Part shown: positions 15,821-29,315 of the stretch, piece after piece | Numbering within the stretch: the stretch's first letter is position 1 | How the letters are laid out: each line of letters opens with the position of its first letter | From: the human T2T-CHM13v2.0 reference genome, Homo sapiens | Assembly (NCBI RefSeq): GCF_009914755.1 | Contig: NC_060939.1 | Length of the DNA: 64,000 nt | Strand: one strand, 5' to 3' | Notes under the pieces: model-generated | Told to the model about the DNA's origin: nothing | The model's database searches: none | What the model saw: the letters and a program-made list of their open reading frames with translations, nothing else | Made by a program: the position numbers and the translations under genes

Positions 15821-17280
15821 GGATCTCGTTCATTTTCATGTAGAAAACGAGAGCGAAACTACAGAGAAAAGAAACGCCCGGTGCATCACGGCCTGACGAT
15901 GGATTCCTGTTTCCTGCGACATGGGGAGTCTCCACTATGACCCGTTTCCAAACATGAAACTGGAAAGGAGAGCGAAGACACGATGCTGCTTTTCCACGCT
16001 TCTCTGGAGGTTTCTGTGTCCCCTCAGAGCTCGGGAAACAAACAATCAACATGGTCACCCTTTCAGGGGCCAGAGACGCATGAGCAACAGGCCCCCTTGC
16101 AGAAGACAAAGGAACGTGGAACCCGAAACCACGCTTCAGTCAGCCTGAGTGTGACTCCTGTGTGGACAGGACTATCCACCTTGCACTCCGTTGCAGGCTC
16201 AACGTGGGGCTATCTCATCTGTGAACCATGTGGATGAAAAATGGACAATCACCCATGTCTCGGCTCATTGCTCTCTGGGCAATTCGCTCATTCCTTGGGA
16301 GAGGAAATTCGTCTGAATCGCTCCCAGATGAAGTAACCCATGCTGGCGATCCAGAGGGCCGGTGAGAGCCCCGCAGGCCAACGCAGCTGTAGGCCGAGCA
16401 CTTAGCCTGCACTGGGCACCCAACAATTTCCCGGAGTGCGAGATCCTGCTGGTCCTGGAGGCAGAAGACTGCTTTTCTCTCTGCCTTCCTCTCTCTGTTT
16501 CTTGCTCCCTCCCTCCCTTTTACCCTCCTTCCCTCCCTCAGTTCCTCCCTTCCTCCCTCCCTCCCTTCTTCCCTTTTTCCCTCCGTCCCTCCCTCAGTTC
16601 CTCCCTCCCTCCCTCCCTCCTTCCCTCTCTCCTTCCTTCTATCCCTCCATCCTTTCCAAGGTCCCTCGGTCCATCCGTTCTTTCCTCCCTCCATCGCTCC
16701 CTCCCTCTCTGTCTCCGTTCCTCTCCTCCTCTCTGCCTGAGTTCCCTCCCGCTTAGAAAGGGCAGCACCCTGGTTTGCACGGGGTCTCGGGTCTGCATTT
16801 AGCTGTCAGGCGCTCCACGGTGATGCCGAGGAAGCTGGTGGGGCAAGGGTAGGCGAGTGACGGTGGGGCGGGGAGGCAGAGGTGGCGAGACGCGGAAAGA
16901 AGAGCAGGCCTGGCGCCTGCCCGGGCCAGTTTTGCCGGGATGGAGGTCTCCGCCTGCCCCACTGAAGAACGCGGTGGGGGGCAAGAGGGAAGTGATGAGA
17001 GCTCCACCTAGGCTAGTTAGAAAACCTAGGCTACTGCTTGCTAACTCGCGCATGAGCAGTAGACAGTCCGCCTCCCAGTACCTGGACAGGCCCTGGGATC
17101 TCCGGGATGCTCAGAAAAGAATGACAGCCCTCCTCTGAGTGGAGTCTCTCACGGGACCTGGAACTCAGGGATCCTAGGCAGGTCAGCTGGAAGGGAAGAC
17201 ACACCTCTCTATACCGAGTCAGAGGTTCACCGCGAAAGAGAGGCCGCCGCCCTGCTCCTACCCCGCCCCAACCCCGCGTC

Positions 17281-18043
17281 CTAAAGCTCCTCCAGCAGAG
17301 CCCGGTGTTCTTCCTGGCTGAGGAGTGGTTCCAGCGGAGCGGGCTCTTCCACGTCCTTTAGCTCCCCTAGTGGCGCCTGATCTAGGAAAGGTTGTGCCTT
17401 GTGCTGAAACTGTGGGGTTTACAGGAGCTCATCTAACCGGCTGGGGGTGAATGTAGACGAGCGCCCCGGCTCCTGGAGCGGTTGGGAGGCGCCCGGATGG
17501 CTTGCATATGTGCTTGATGCGGAGACCTCCGGGGTCTCGAGCTTCGGAAGTGGAGGTGCCCCGTCTTCGGTTTCCCATGCCGCCCTTGTGACCTGGGGCT
17601 CCAGCCCCACCGTGGACTCCGGTGGGACGTGGGTGGCGCAAACACACTTTGCCCCTGTGACACAGCTTCAGGGGACCCAAGCTGTCCCACTAAGCACGCG
17701 CCCAGTAGGCCACCATGCTGCGGGTCCTGGTCCTCCTGGCATTTATTGGGGTGCGGAGGCCAACTAGGAGTCTGAGGGTGGGACAGTCCTACTTCTAGAG
17801 GAGGCAGGAGAGCGAACACAAAATCCCCGCGTGCCGGGGCAGGTTGAAAGAGATTCCTTCTGCCTGCGCAGCCTGGCTAGGCTGGAGCGGAGGAATGGCC
17901 CTTGCTCCCTCGCTCACGAAAGCCCCCTGTGGGAGAGCCCCAGTCGTGCAGAGAGTGTGGAGTGTGGGAAGCCTCGTTCCCCACGCCCCGGTGTGGGTGA
18001 ACTAGATTGAGGAGGGAGGAGGAAGACACCCTCCAGGGGTGTT
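17281..18043 (-). pseudogene. DUX4-like pseudogene, unit B (C-terminal half, no homeoboxes)
   Basis: LSHPQTPSWPPHP..., RLDELL* (premature stop at 17419), ...CTGCTGGAGGAGCTTTAG; truncated against Tigger1. Confidence 0.9.
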
Positions 18044-18470
18044 AATTAGTAAGAACAGTGGCCTCAAAGAGCGCAAATGAAAGGAAGAATTGCATGTCTC
18101 TCACTTGAAGTCCAGAGCTAGAAATGATTAAGCTAGTGAAGATGTAAAATTTTCATCGCTAGAGAGACATCAACACTTGGCTTCAAAACTTCAAAGGATG
18201 GGCTGACTCTCTTTGAGGACCACTGCAGTTGGTAACTTTAAGTTACAGCCAATGCTCATTGACCACTCTGAAAATCTCAGGGCCCTTAAGAATTATGCAA
18301 AATCTATTCTTGCTGAGCTCTAGAAATGGAACACCACAGTATGAGTGACAACACATCTGTTAAGAGCATGGTTTACTGAATATTTTAATCCCACTATTGA
18401 GACCTACTGCTCAGAAAAAAAAAAGAAAAAAGAAAAAAAAAACACGATTCCTTTAAAGGGATTGCTGCTT

Positions 18471-18828
<358 letters not shown>

Positions 18829-19678
18829 CTACCCAGAAGCTTAGATGGAGATGTACTTGGAAATTAATGTTATTTTCATGGCTGCTAATACAATATCTAT
18901 CCTTCAGCCTGTGGATCAAGGGGTGGTTTTGACTTCCAAGTGTTTTTATTAAATAATAAATGCATTTTGTAAAGGTATAGCTGTCATAGATAGTAATTTC
19001 TTTGATGAATCTGGATAAACTGAATTGAAAACCTTTTGGAAAGGTTTCACCATTAATCCCTTCATGATATTCCAATCTATTCCCGTGAATCACAAATGTC
19101 CTTAATAGCAAATGCCATTAAGGACATTTGTGGTTGATGGGAGGAGATTGAAATATCAACATTAACAGGATTTTGGAAGAAGTTGATTCCAGCCCTCATG
19201 GAAGACTTTGAGGGCTCAGGATGTCAGTGGAGGAAGTCCCTGCAGATGTGGTAGAAATCGCAAGACAACCAGAATTAGAATTAGGGCCTTTAGATGAGAT
19301 TAAATTGCTGTAAACTCATGATGAAACTTGAGCAAGTGTGAAGTTTCTTCTTATTGATAAGCAAATAAAATATTTTCTTGAGATGGAATCTACTCCAGGT
19401 GGAGATGCTATGAACATTGTTGAAATAACAACAAAGGATTTAGAATATTCCATAAACCTAGTTGATAAAGCAGCAGCAGGGTTTGAGAGGGTTTACTCCA
19501 ATTTTGAAGGAAGTTCTACTGTGAATAAAATGCTATCAAACAGCATCACATGCTACAAGGAAATCTTTTGTGAAAGGAACAAACTTCATTGTTTTAAGAA
19601 ATTGACACAGGCACCCAACCTTCAGCAGCCCCCACACTGATCAGTCAACAGCCATCAACATAGAGGCAAGACCCTCAC

Positions 19679-20708
19679 TGTAGAGAAAAGAAAGAGAGAT
19701 CAGACTGTTACTGTGTCTATATAGAAAGGAAAGACATAAGAGACTCCATTTTGAAAAAGACTTGTACTTTAAACAATTGCTTTGCTGAGATGTTATTAAT
19801 TTGTAGCTTTGCCCCAGCAACTTTGCCCCAGCCACTTTGACCCAACCTGGAGCTCACAAAAACATGTGTTGTACGAAATCAAGGTTTAAGGGATCTAGGG
19901 CTGTGCGGGATGTGCCTTGTTAACAAAATGTTTACAAGCAGTATACTTGGTAAAAGTCATCGCCATTCTCTAGTCTCAATAAATGAAGGGCACAATGCAC
20001 TGCAGAAAGCCGCAGGGACCTCTGCCATTGAAAGCGGGGTATTGTCCAAAGTTTCTCCCCATATGATAGTCTGAAATATGACCTCGTGGGATGAGAAAGA
20101 CCTGACTGTCCCCTAGCCCGACACCCGTTAAGGGTCTGTGCTGAGGTGGATTAGTAAAAGAGGAAATCCTCTTGCAGTTGAGATAGAGGAAGGCCACTGT
20201 GTCCTGGCTGCCCCTGGGAACTGAATGTCTCAGTATAAAACCTGATTGTACATTTGTTCAATTCTGAGATAGGAGAAAAACCGCCCTATGGTGGGAGGTG
20301 AGACATGTTTGCAGTAATGCTGCTTTGTTATTCTTTACTCCACTGAGATGTTTGGGTGGAGAGAAACATAAATCTGGCTTACATGCACGTCCAGTCATAG
20401 TACCTTCCCTTGAACTTAATTATGACATAGATTTTTTTGCTCACATGTTTTTTACTGACCATCTCCTTATTATCACCCTGCTGTCCTACCACATTCCTTT
20501 TTGCTGAAATAATGAAAATAATAAGCAATAAAAACTGAGAGAACTCAGAGGCTGGTGCCGGTGCATGTCCTTGGTATGCTGAGCGCCAGTCCCCTGGGCC
20601 TACTGTTGTTTCTCTATACTTTGTCCCTGTGTCTTACTTCTTTTCTCAGTCTCTCGTCCCACCTGACTAGAAATACCCACAAATGTGGAGGGGCAGGCCA
20701 CCCCTTCA
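19679..20708 (+). mobile_element. HERV-K (HML-2) solo LTR, LTR5A-like
   Basis: TG...CA termini, 1030 bp, TATAAAA at ~20234, AATAAA at 20527, TSD CTCAC at 19674-19678 and 20709-20713. Confidence 0.92.
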
Positions 20709-21015
20709 CTCACCAGCAAAAAGATTATGACTTGGTAAGGCTCAGATATTCATTAGTATTTTTCAGCAATGAGGTATTTTAAGATAAGGTGTGTACATAG
20801 TTTTGTAGACATAATGTGATTATTAATTAATTAATTAATTAATAATTAATTATTAAATACTCATTAGACTGCACATAGTTTAAGCATAACTTTTGTAAGC
20901 ACTGGGAAATAAAATGTTTATGTGACTAGCTTGATTGTAACATTTGCCTTATTGTGGTTGTCTGGAACCAAACCCACACTATCTCTGAGTATGCTTGTAG
21001 GTTATTGGTTGTTCT

Positions 21016-21169
21016 TTGTTTTGAGATGGGGTTTCGCTCTGTCACCCAGGCCAGAGTGCAGTGACATGATCATAGCTCACTGCAGCCTCAAACTGCTGGG
21101 TCAAGTGATTGTTCTACCACAGCCTCTTGAGTAGCTGGGACTACAGGCATGCAGCACTATGCCTGGCTA
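21016..21169 (-). mobile_element. AluJ/FRAM right-arm fragment
   Basis: gatcatagctcactgcagcctcaaac (AluJ diagnostics). Confidence 0.8.
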
Positions 21170-21462
21170 TTTTTTTTTTTTTTGAGACGGAGTCTTGCTC
21201 TTTTGCCCAGGCCAGAGTGCAGTGGCGCTATCTCGGCTCACTGCAAGCTCCGCCTCCCGGGTTCACGTCATCCTCCTGCTTCAGCCTCCTGAGTAGCTGG
21301 GACTACAGGCGCCCACACCAGGCCCGGCTAATATTTGTATTTTTAGTAGAGACGGGGTTTCACCGTGTTAGCCAGGATGGTCTCGATCTCCTGACCTTGT
21401 GATCCGCCCGCCTCGGCCTCCCAAAGTGCTGTGATGACAGGCGTGAGCCACTGCGCCCAGCC
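21170..21462 (-). mobile_element. AluY
   Basis: cactgcaagctccgcc, gttagccaggatggtctcgatc diagnostics. Confidence 0.9.
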
Positions 21463-21769
21463 TGCCTTTTCTTTCTAGTGGCACAAGCCCCATGGAGTGT
21501 GGTGTGCCTGATCTCCGACGCTTTTGAACAGTGTAGAAAGCGTTGCTGTCTGTCTTTAATTTTTTCCTACATGTATGGTCTCGATCAATCACAAGAAGAT
21601 CAATAAGCCCCTCTCCTTATTCTACTTCCCTTTCTAGCAATGGAGAACTTTCATTGGATTTTTCCTGCCTACAGACAGGAATGAGTCTGCTGTTTTCTTT
21701 TTTAAACCCGAGGGGACTGAGCCTGAGGGCCTCCAGCGCGGCCACCCTCCCCCAACCCCCAACTGGTGA

Positions 21770-21811
21770 TTGTGGTGGTGGTGGTGGTGGTTTTGTGTTC
21801 CAGCTTCTGTT

Positions 21812-21842
<31 letters not shown>

Positions 21843-21862
21843 TGGTGCTGTTGTTGTTGTTT
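21770..21862. repeat. (GTG)n/(TTG)n/(CTG)n trinucleotide tracts
   Basis: Direct inspection. Confidence 0.9.
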
Positions 21863-21864
21863 TG

Positions 21865-22186
21865 GTATTTTACAGACTCAGGGGGTGTATGTGCTTGTTT
21901 GTTAGATTGGCATATTACTGCCTTCGGATGTAGAAGTGGACCTCCAGTGTATCCGATACCTATGTGGTGAATGTTGTCTCCGACGGGCGATTTATTCATC
22001 CCTCATCCCCCTCTTACCCTCCTGCTCCCCTTTGGAGTGTCTGTTATTTCCATCATGATGACCGTGTGCGTACCCACTGTTTATCTCCCACTTGTTAGTA
22101 GAAGGCAGTTCACTGGGTACATACTTGCTTCCAGCTCTATCCATGTTGTGGGAAAAGACGTGAAATCACTCTTTTTTGTGCCTGCA
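21865..22186 (-). mobile_element. Old L1PA15/16- or L1PB-like 3' end
   Basis: tcagggggtgtatgtgc...tacccactgtttatctcccactt...ccagctctatccatgttg. Confidence 0.65.
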
Positions 22187-23204
22187 CCATTGGAGAATTT
22201 TAACTTTCTTGGTGCTTGTTTTTCTTTTCTTTTCTTTTCTTTCCTCCTCCTCCTCCTTCTTTTTTTCATTTTTTTTCAGCTGGGTTCTCCTACTTGTGTT
22301 GCTCAGTTGCTCGGGCTGGTCTCAAACTCCCGGCCTTGACACTTCTCCCATCACATCCACCGTCTGGTTGTTGAAATGAGCATCTCTTGTAAAATTGAAA
22401 AGATGAAAAAAATAAAGAGAAAGACAAAAAGCACGGGGTGAACGTTACTCTTGCTGTCTCCCAGGTTGTACCTTGGACCCCATAGGAGGGAGGGAGCTTG
22501 GCTGGGTGGGTTTTCAGTGCTAAATCCTCCTGAGGGCCTCCTTCCCTCTCCCCCTTGTCTCGGCTTCTCCCTCAGCCAAGGCTCCCACCGCCGCTGTGGG
22601 ATTTTCCATGGGAGAGGTATGGGAGAGGACTGACGCGGCTTCCAGATCTATACACTGCCAGACGTCTCTGGCTCAGCTTCCCCCACCGGCTGCCTGCCAC
22701 CTTCCAGGGAGCTCTGAGGCCAATGCCCCGCCCCCTTCACATCCGGCCACCCTCCGCTGGCTGGCCTTTGCCCTGCGACCCCAAGGGAACCGCGTTGACG
22801 CTGCTTTCAAATCCTCCAGCGAAGACTTCCACCAGATGCCTCGGGTGGGCCGGATGGGATGAGACTGGACCACCCCGGACCGTGCTGTTCTTGGGAGTGG
22901 GTAGACGTACAGGGTGGACTGGCAGCCACAGCATTGTAAAGTGTGCCGAGGTATGGAAATGTCACATAGGATGCCCTTCTTCCGGTCAGCCTGCCTTCAG
23001 CTTCCTCAGGCATGAAGACAACTTCCCATCAGAAGCTCTTTTCTTCCCTTTCTCCACCACACAGATGAGACGCATGAGAGGGAGAAACAGCTCAATAGAT
23101 ACTGCTGACCTTCATTTGTAGAATCCTCAGTCATCTACAGACAGAGAGGTGACTAGACAGGGACCCAAATCAAACACCATTTCCAGGTCCTCACGGTGGG
23201 GTTG

Positions 23205-23212
23205 GTCTCTCC

Positions 23213-23278
<66 letters not shown>
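23205..23278. repeat. (CT)n(CA)n microsatellite
   Basis: Direct inspection. Confidence 0.95.
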
Positions 23279-23280
<2 letters not shown>

Positions 23281-23410
23281 TTCCACATCTAGTTCACAAA
23301 CCACACTAATTTACCCTTTTCACAGTACGCAATCTGAGTAAAACCCACTCCACCCTCCACCCGGCAGCTGACGAAACGCCATCTTTACAATTTATAAAAA
23401 AGATTATCTG

Positions 23411-23690
23411 GGCTGGGCACAGTGGCTCACACCTGTCATTCCAGCACTTTGGGAGGCCGAGGCAGGTGGATCACTTGAGGCCAGGAATTCAAGACCAGGC
23501 TGGCCAACATGGTGAAACCCCATCTCTATGAAAAATAGAACAATTAGCCAGGCCTGGTGACATAAGCTTGTAATCACAACTACTCAGGAGACTGAGGTGG
23601 GCGAGTTGCTTGAACCAGGGAGGCCGAGGTTGCAGTGAGCTGAGATCATGCCATGGCAATTATTGAGACAGAGAGAGACTCTGTCTCAAT
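23411..23690 (+). mobile_element. Alu (IGS)
   Basis: Alu dimer. Confidence 0.88.
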
Positions 23691-23859
23691 AATAAGTATA
23701 ATATTATTTTAAGATTATTTTTGAGTGCTGATCCCCGCCTGTAGTCGCAGCTACTCGGGAGGCTGAGATAAGGAGAAGATCACTTGAGGCCCCACAGGTC
23801 GAGGCTTCAATCAGCTGTATCCTGGGCAGTCACTAGTCAAGGAGATATGCCCCTCCCCA

Positions 23860-24128
23860 TTTTCTTTTCTTTTCTTTTCTTTTCTTTTCTTTTCTTTCCT
23901 TTTCCTTTTCTTTTCTTTTCCTTTTCTTTTCTTCTTTTTTCTTCTCTCTTCTTCTCCCTTCCTTCCTTCCTTCCTTTCTTTCTTCTTTCTTTCTTTCTTC
24001 CTTCTTTCTTTCTTTCTTTTCTCTCTTTCTCTCTTTCTTTCTGTCTTTCTTTCTTTCTTCCTTTCCTACCTGACTGCCTTCCTGCCTTTCTTCTTTCCTC
24101 CATTCCTCCCTTCCTTCTTTCCTCCCTC
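23860..24128. repeat. (TTTTC)n/(TTTC)n/(TTCC)n polypyrimidine tract
   Basis: Direct inspection. Confidence 0.95.
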
Positions 24129-24301
24129 CTCGGCCTCCCAAAGTGCCGGGATTACTGGCGTGAGGCACCATGACTGCTTGGCCTAAAGAGACACCCTTTG
24201 GAAGTAAGACACAGACAGTGCCTTCCAGTGATCTGATTGATTCATTGACTGATTTAGAGACAGCGTCTCGCTCTGTCACCCTGGCAGTGGTGCCATCATA
24301 A

Positions 24302-24742
<441 letters not shown>

Positions 24743-24889
24743 TTCATTTTTAAATGTTTTTCCACAGACAGGGTCTCATCATTTTGTTGCAACCCTCCTG
24801 ACCCAGCATCTCAAAGTGCTGGCGTGACGGGCGCGAGCCACTGCACCTGGACACTGGGGAATGATTCACGACCACGACCGCTGTACTAA

Positions 24890-24890
24890 T

Positions 24891-24949
<59 letters not shown>

Positions 24950-25005
24950 ATCTTTCTTTCTTTCTTTCTTTCTTTATTTCTTTTATTGATTTTTTTATGA
25001 TTTGA

Positions 25006-25044
<39 letters not shown>

Positions 25045-25045
25045 T
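24890..25045. repeat. (TTTC)n and (TGAT)n microsatellites
   Basis: Direct inspection. Confidence 0.95.
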
Positions 25046-25554
25046 TGAGACGGAGTCTCGCTCTGGTCCAGGCGAGGCGGGGCGAGGCGGGGCGAGGCGC
25101 ATCACTTTGGAAGCCGCAGCACTGCCTTCTAAAGCCCCATTCAAATGCACAAAGCCCTATTCCCTTCCTGGAGTTGGAGCTGATGCCTTCCATCGCCTTG
25201 GGCTTCTCTCCATTCAGAAGTTTTACAGGCGCAACCGCACCCAGAGGCTGGCTGCGGCTGAGGATTAGGAGGTGTGGTGGGGCTGGAAACTCGGTCCCCT
25301 ATGGTTGCAAGCTCAGCCAAGACATCCACCAACTCCCATCGCTTGCTCACCCTTTGAGATCCCCTGACTCCACCGCCTCGGAGGCTGACCTCTTACTTTA
25401 ATTTGTCTTTCTTCCTTTCCTGCGTTTGAAGAGAGGGTGCAGGAATGAGGGTGTGTGTGGGGAGGGGGTGTGGGGTGGGGATGGAGGGGAGCGTCCTAAG
25501 GGTCGATTTAGTGTCATGCCTCTTTCACCGTCACCACCGAAGATGAAAGCAACA

Positions 25555-25840
25555 ATCAGCTAAATACCGCGTGTTCTCATCCATAAGTGGGAACTTATAG
25601 ATGAGAGTTCTGCGTGGGCAGAACGAGGGGGACCAGAGACGCGGGAGCCTACTCGAGGGAGGAGGGGTGGAAGGAGAGACAGCTTCAGGAAAAAACAAAA
25701 CAAAACAAAACATGAAAACTGTCGAGTACAGCGCTGAGTATCCGGCTGATGAAATCATCTGCACACTGAACGCCCCCGTCAGAAGTTTACCTATGTAACA
25801 ATCTTGCACATGTATGTTTGAACAAGAAATGAAAGTTACG
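25555..25840 (+). mobile_element. Degenerate L1P 3'UTR within IGS
   Basis: aaataccgcgtgttctca...gatgaaatcatctgcaca...tttacctatgtaacaatcttgcacatgta. Confidence 0.7.
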
Positions 25841-25979
25841 AGAGAAAGAGAGAGAGAGGGAGATAGGGGAAGAGGGAGAGAGAGAGAAGTGAAACGAAAC
25901 AGCACCTCCTGGACCTGAGTCAGGGGGTTTCCGGCCTTTTGGGGGAACATTCAGCGACAATGCAGTATTTGGGCCTGTT

Positions 25980-26270
25980 CTTTTTTTTCTTCTTTTCTTT
26001 TTTTTTGGACTGAGTCTCTCTCGCTCTGTCACCCAGGCTGCGGTGCAGTGGTGCTTTCTAGGCTCACTGAAACCTCTGCTTCCCGGGTTCCAGTAATTCT
26101 TCTTCGGTAGCTGGGATTACAGGCGCGCACCACGACAGCGGCTAATTTTTCTATTTTTAGTAGAGACGGGGTTGCTCTATGTTGGCCACGTTGGTATTGA
26201 ACTCCTGACCTCAAGTGATCCACCTTTCTGGGCCTCCCAAAGTGCTGGGACGACAGGCCTGAGCCGCCGG
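25980..26270 (-). mobile_element. Alu (IGS)
   Basis: Degenerate Alu dimer. Confidence 0.85.
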
Positions 26271-26539
26271 GATTTCAGCCTTTAAAAGCACAGGCCCTGA
26301 CACTTTTCACTGTGGCCCTTACCCTCAGAATGACGTGTCTTCTCTGCCATAGATTAACTCCTTGAATCCCCTATGCCATTGCACTCTAGCCTGGGCAAGA
26401 AGAGCAAAACTCTATCCCCCAACCTTCCCGTGCAAAAAATAAAAATAAAAATAAATAAATAAATAAATAAATAAAATCTCTACACGACCTATAAGTGTGT
26501 ATTCCCATGAGTGATTTCTAAGAAATGGCACTGTACACT

Positions 26540-26845
26540 GAACGCAGTGGCCCACTTCTGTCATCCAAGCACTTTGGGAGGCCAAGGTGGGTGGTTCACG
26601 AGGTCAGGAGTTTGAGACCAACCTAGCCAACATGGTGAAACCCCGTCTCTACTGAAAATACGAAACTGAGTCGGGCGCAGTGGGGCAGGCACCTGTAATC
26701 CCAGCTACTCTGGAGGTGGAGGCGGGAGAATCGCTTGAACCTCGCAGGCGGAGGTTTCAGTGACCCGGGATGGCACCACTGCATTACAGCCTGGGCGACA
26801 GAGTGAGACATCATCTCCAAATAAATAAATAAATAAATAAATAAA
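26540..26845 (+). mobile_element. Alu (IGS) with (TAAA)n tail
   Basis: Alu dimer. Confidence 0.85.
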
Positions 26846-26929
26846 TGAAAAGAAAAGAAAAGAAATGAAAAGAAAAGAAAAGAAAGAGAAAATGAAAGAA
26901 AAAGCACTGTATCGCTACTGGGCTAGGAA

Positions 26930-28745
26930 CTTCTCTCTCTGTTTCTTTCTGTCTCTCTCTGTCCATCTCTGTCTTTCTCTATCTGTCTCTTTGTCTGTCT
27001 CTTTCTTTCTCTCTGTCTCTGTCTCTCTCTCTCTGCCTGTCTCACGGTGTCTGTCTTCTAACTCTCTTTCTCTGCCTGTCTGTCTCTCTATCTCTCCCTC
27101 CCTCTCTGTTTCTCTCTCTCTGTCTCTCTCTTTCTGTCTGTTTCTCTCTGTCTCTCTCTCTGTCTCTCTCTTTCTGTCTGTTTCTCTCTGTCTCTCTCTG
27201 TCTGTCTCTATTTTTCTCTGTCTCTCTGTCTGTCTCTCTATTTCTTTTTCTGAGTCTCTCTCTCTTTCTCTCTCACTCTCTCTCTCTTTCTCTCTCTCTG
27301 TGCCTATCTTCTCTCCAACTCTCTTTCTCTACCCATCTGTCTCTCTCTCTGTCTGTCCCTCTCCCTCCCTTTCTGTCTCTCTCTCTCACTCTCTCTCTGT
27401 CTCTCTCTCTTTCTGTCTGTTTCTCTCTGTCTCTCTCTCCATCTCTGTCTGTCTCTCTCTTTCTCTCTGTCTCTGTCCGTCTCTCTCTGCCTGTCTCTCT
27501 CACTGTGTCTGTCTTCTGCCTTATTCTCTTCCTCTGCCTGTCTCTCTCTCTCCTTCCCTGCCTTTCTGTTTCTCTCTCTCTCTGTCTCTCTCTCTTTCTG
27601 TCTGTTTCTCTCTGTCTGTCTCTGTCTGTCTCTTCCTCTGTCTGTCTGTCTCTCTCTTTCTTTTTTTTTTTTCCAGATGGAGTCTCACTGTGTCACCCAG
27701 GCTGGAGTGCAGTGGCTCCATCTTGGCTCACTGCAAGCTCCACCTCCCAGTTTCACGCCATTCTCCTGCCTTAGCCTCCTGAGTAGCTGGGACTATAGGT
27801 GCCCGTCACCAAGTCCGGCTAATTTTTTGTATTTTTAGTACAGACGGTATTTCACCGTGTTAGCCAGGATGGTCTCGATCTCCTGACCTCGTGATCTGCC
27901 CGCCTTGGCCTCCCAAAGTGCTGGGATGACAGGAGTGAGCCACCACGCCTGGACTGTCTCTCTCTTTCTCTCTCTCTCTCTCTGTGCCTATCTTCTGTCT
28001 TACTCTCTTTCTCTGCCTGTCTGTCTCTCTCTCTCTGTCTGTCTCTCTCTCTCCCTGTCTGTTTCTCTCCCTCTGTCTCTCTCGCTCTCACTCTCTCTCT
28101 GTCTCTCTCTTTTGCTGTTTCTCTCTGTCCGTCTCTGTCTGTCTTTCTCTGTCTGTTTCTTTCTTTCTCTCTGTCTCTGTCTCTCTCTCCCTCTGCTTGT
28201 TTCTCTCACTGTGTCTGTCTTCTGTCTTACTCTCCTTCTCTGCCTGTCTGTCTGTCTCTCTCTCCCTCTCTATCTGTTTCTCTCTCTCTATCTCTCACTC
28301 TCTCTGTCTCTCTCTCGGTCTGTTTCTCTCTGTCTGTCTCTGTCTCTCTGTCTGTCTGTCTCTCTCTCTCTGTCTCTCTCCTTCCCTGTCTGTCTGTTTC
28401 TCTCTCTTTCTCTCTTTCTGTTTCTCTCTGTCCATCTCTGTCTTTCTCTGTCTCTCTTTCTTTCTCTCTGTCTCTCTCACTGTGTCTATCTTCTGTCTTA
28501 CTCTCTTTCTCTGCCTGTCTGTCTGTCTCTCTCTCTCCTTCCCTTTCTCTCTCTCCATCTCTCTCTCTTTCTGTTTCTCTCTGTTTCTCTGTTTGTCTCT
28601 GTGTGTCTGTCTGTCTCTCTCTCTCTCTCCCTCCCTGTCTGTCTGTTTCTCTCTCTGTCTCTGTCTCTCTCTCTTTCTGTCTGTTTCTCTCTGTCTCTCT
28701 CTGTCCATCTCTGTCTTTCTATGTCTGTCTCTTTCTCTGTCAGTC
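26930..28745. repeat. IGS (CT/CTGT)n low-complexity tract 1
   Basis: ~1.5 kb of pyrimidine-rich repeat, split by an AluY. Confidence 0.95.
27661..27953 (-). mobile_element. AluY inserted in the CT tract
   Basis: AluY diagnostics; TSD CTGTCTCTCTCTTTC at 27646-27660 and 27954-27968. Confidence 0.92.
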
Positions 28746-28998
28746 TGTCAGAGCCCCTGTGCCAGGGAGGGCCCTGCCCATTCCACGAAAGTGAGAAGCG
28801 CCTGCTTAGAGAGGCCGAGAGGAATCTAGACAGATGGGCCTTGCTAGGCTTCGCCACTCGGTGTATGATTTCGGGAGGTCGAGGCCGGTGCCCACTTGGA
28901 TGGAAGGTGCATTTTCAAACTTTTCTCTCTGTCACGTGTGGCGTCCCTACTTCTCGCATTTCCCTGATAAGCTCCTTGACTTAAAAATACATGGTTAA

Positions 28999-29315
<317 letters not shown>

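Noticed and set aside
21543-21999. Poly-His/Asn/Cys/Leu ORFs
   Set aside because: Translations of trinucleotide microsatellites next to an L1 tail
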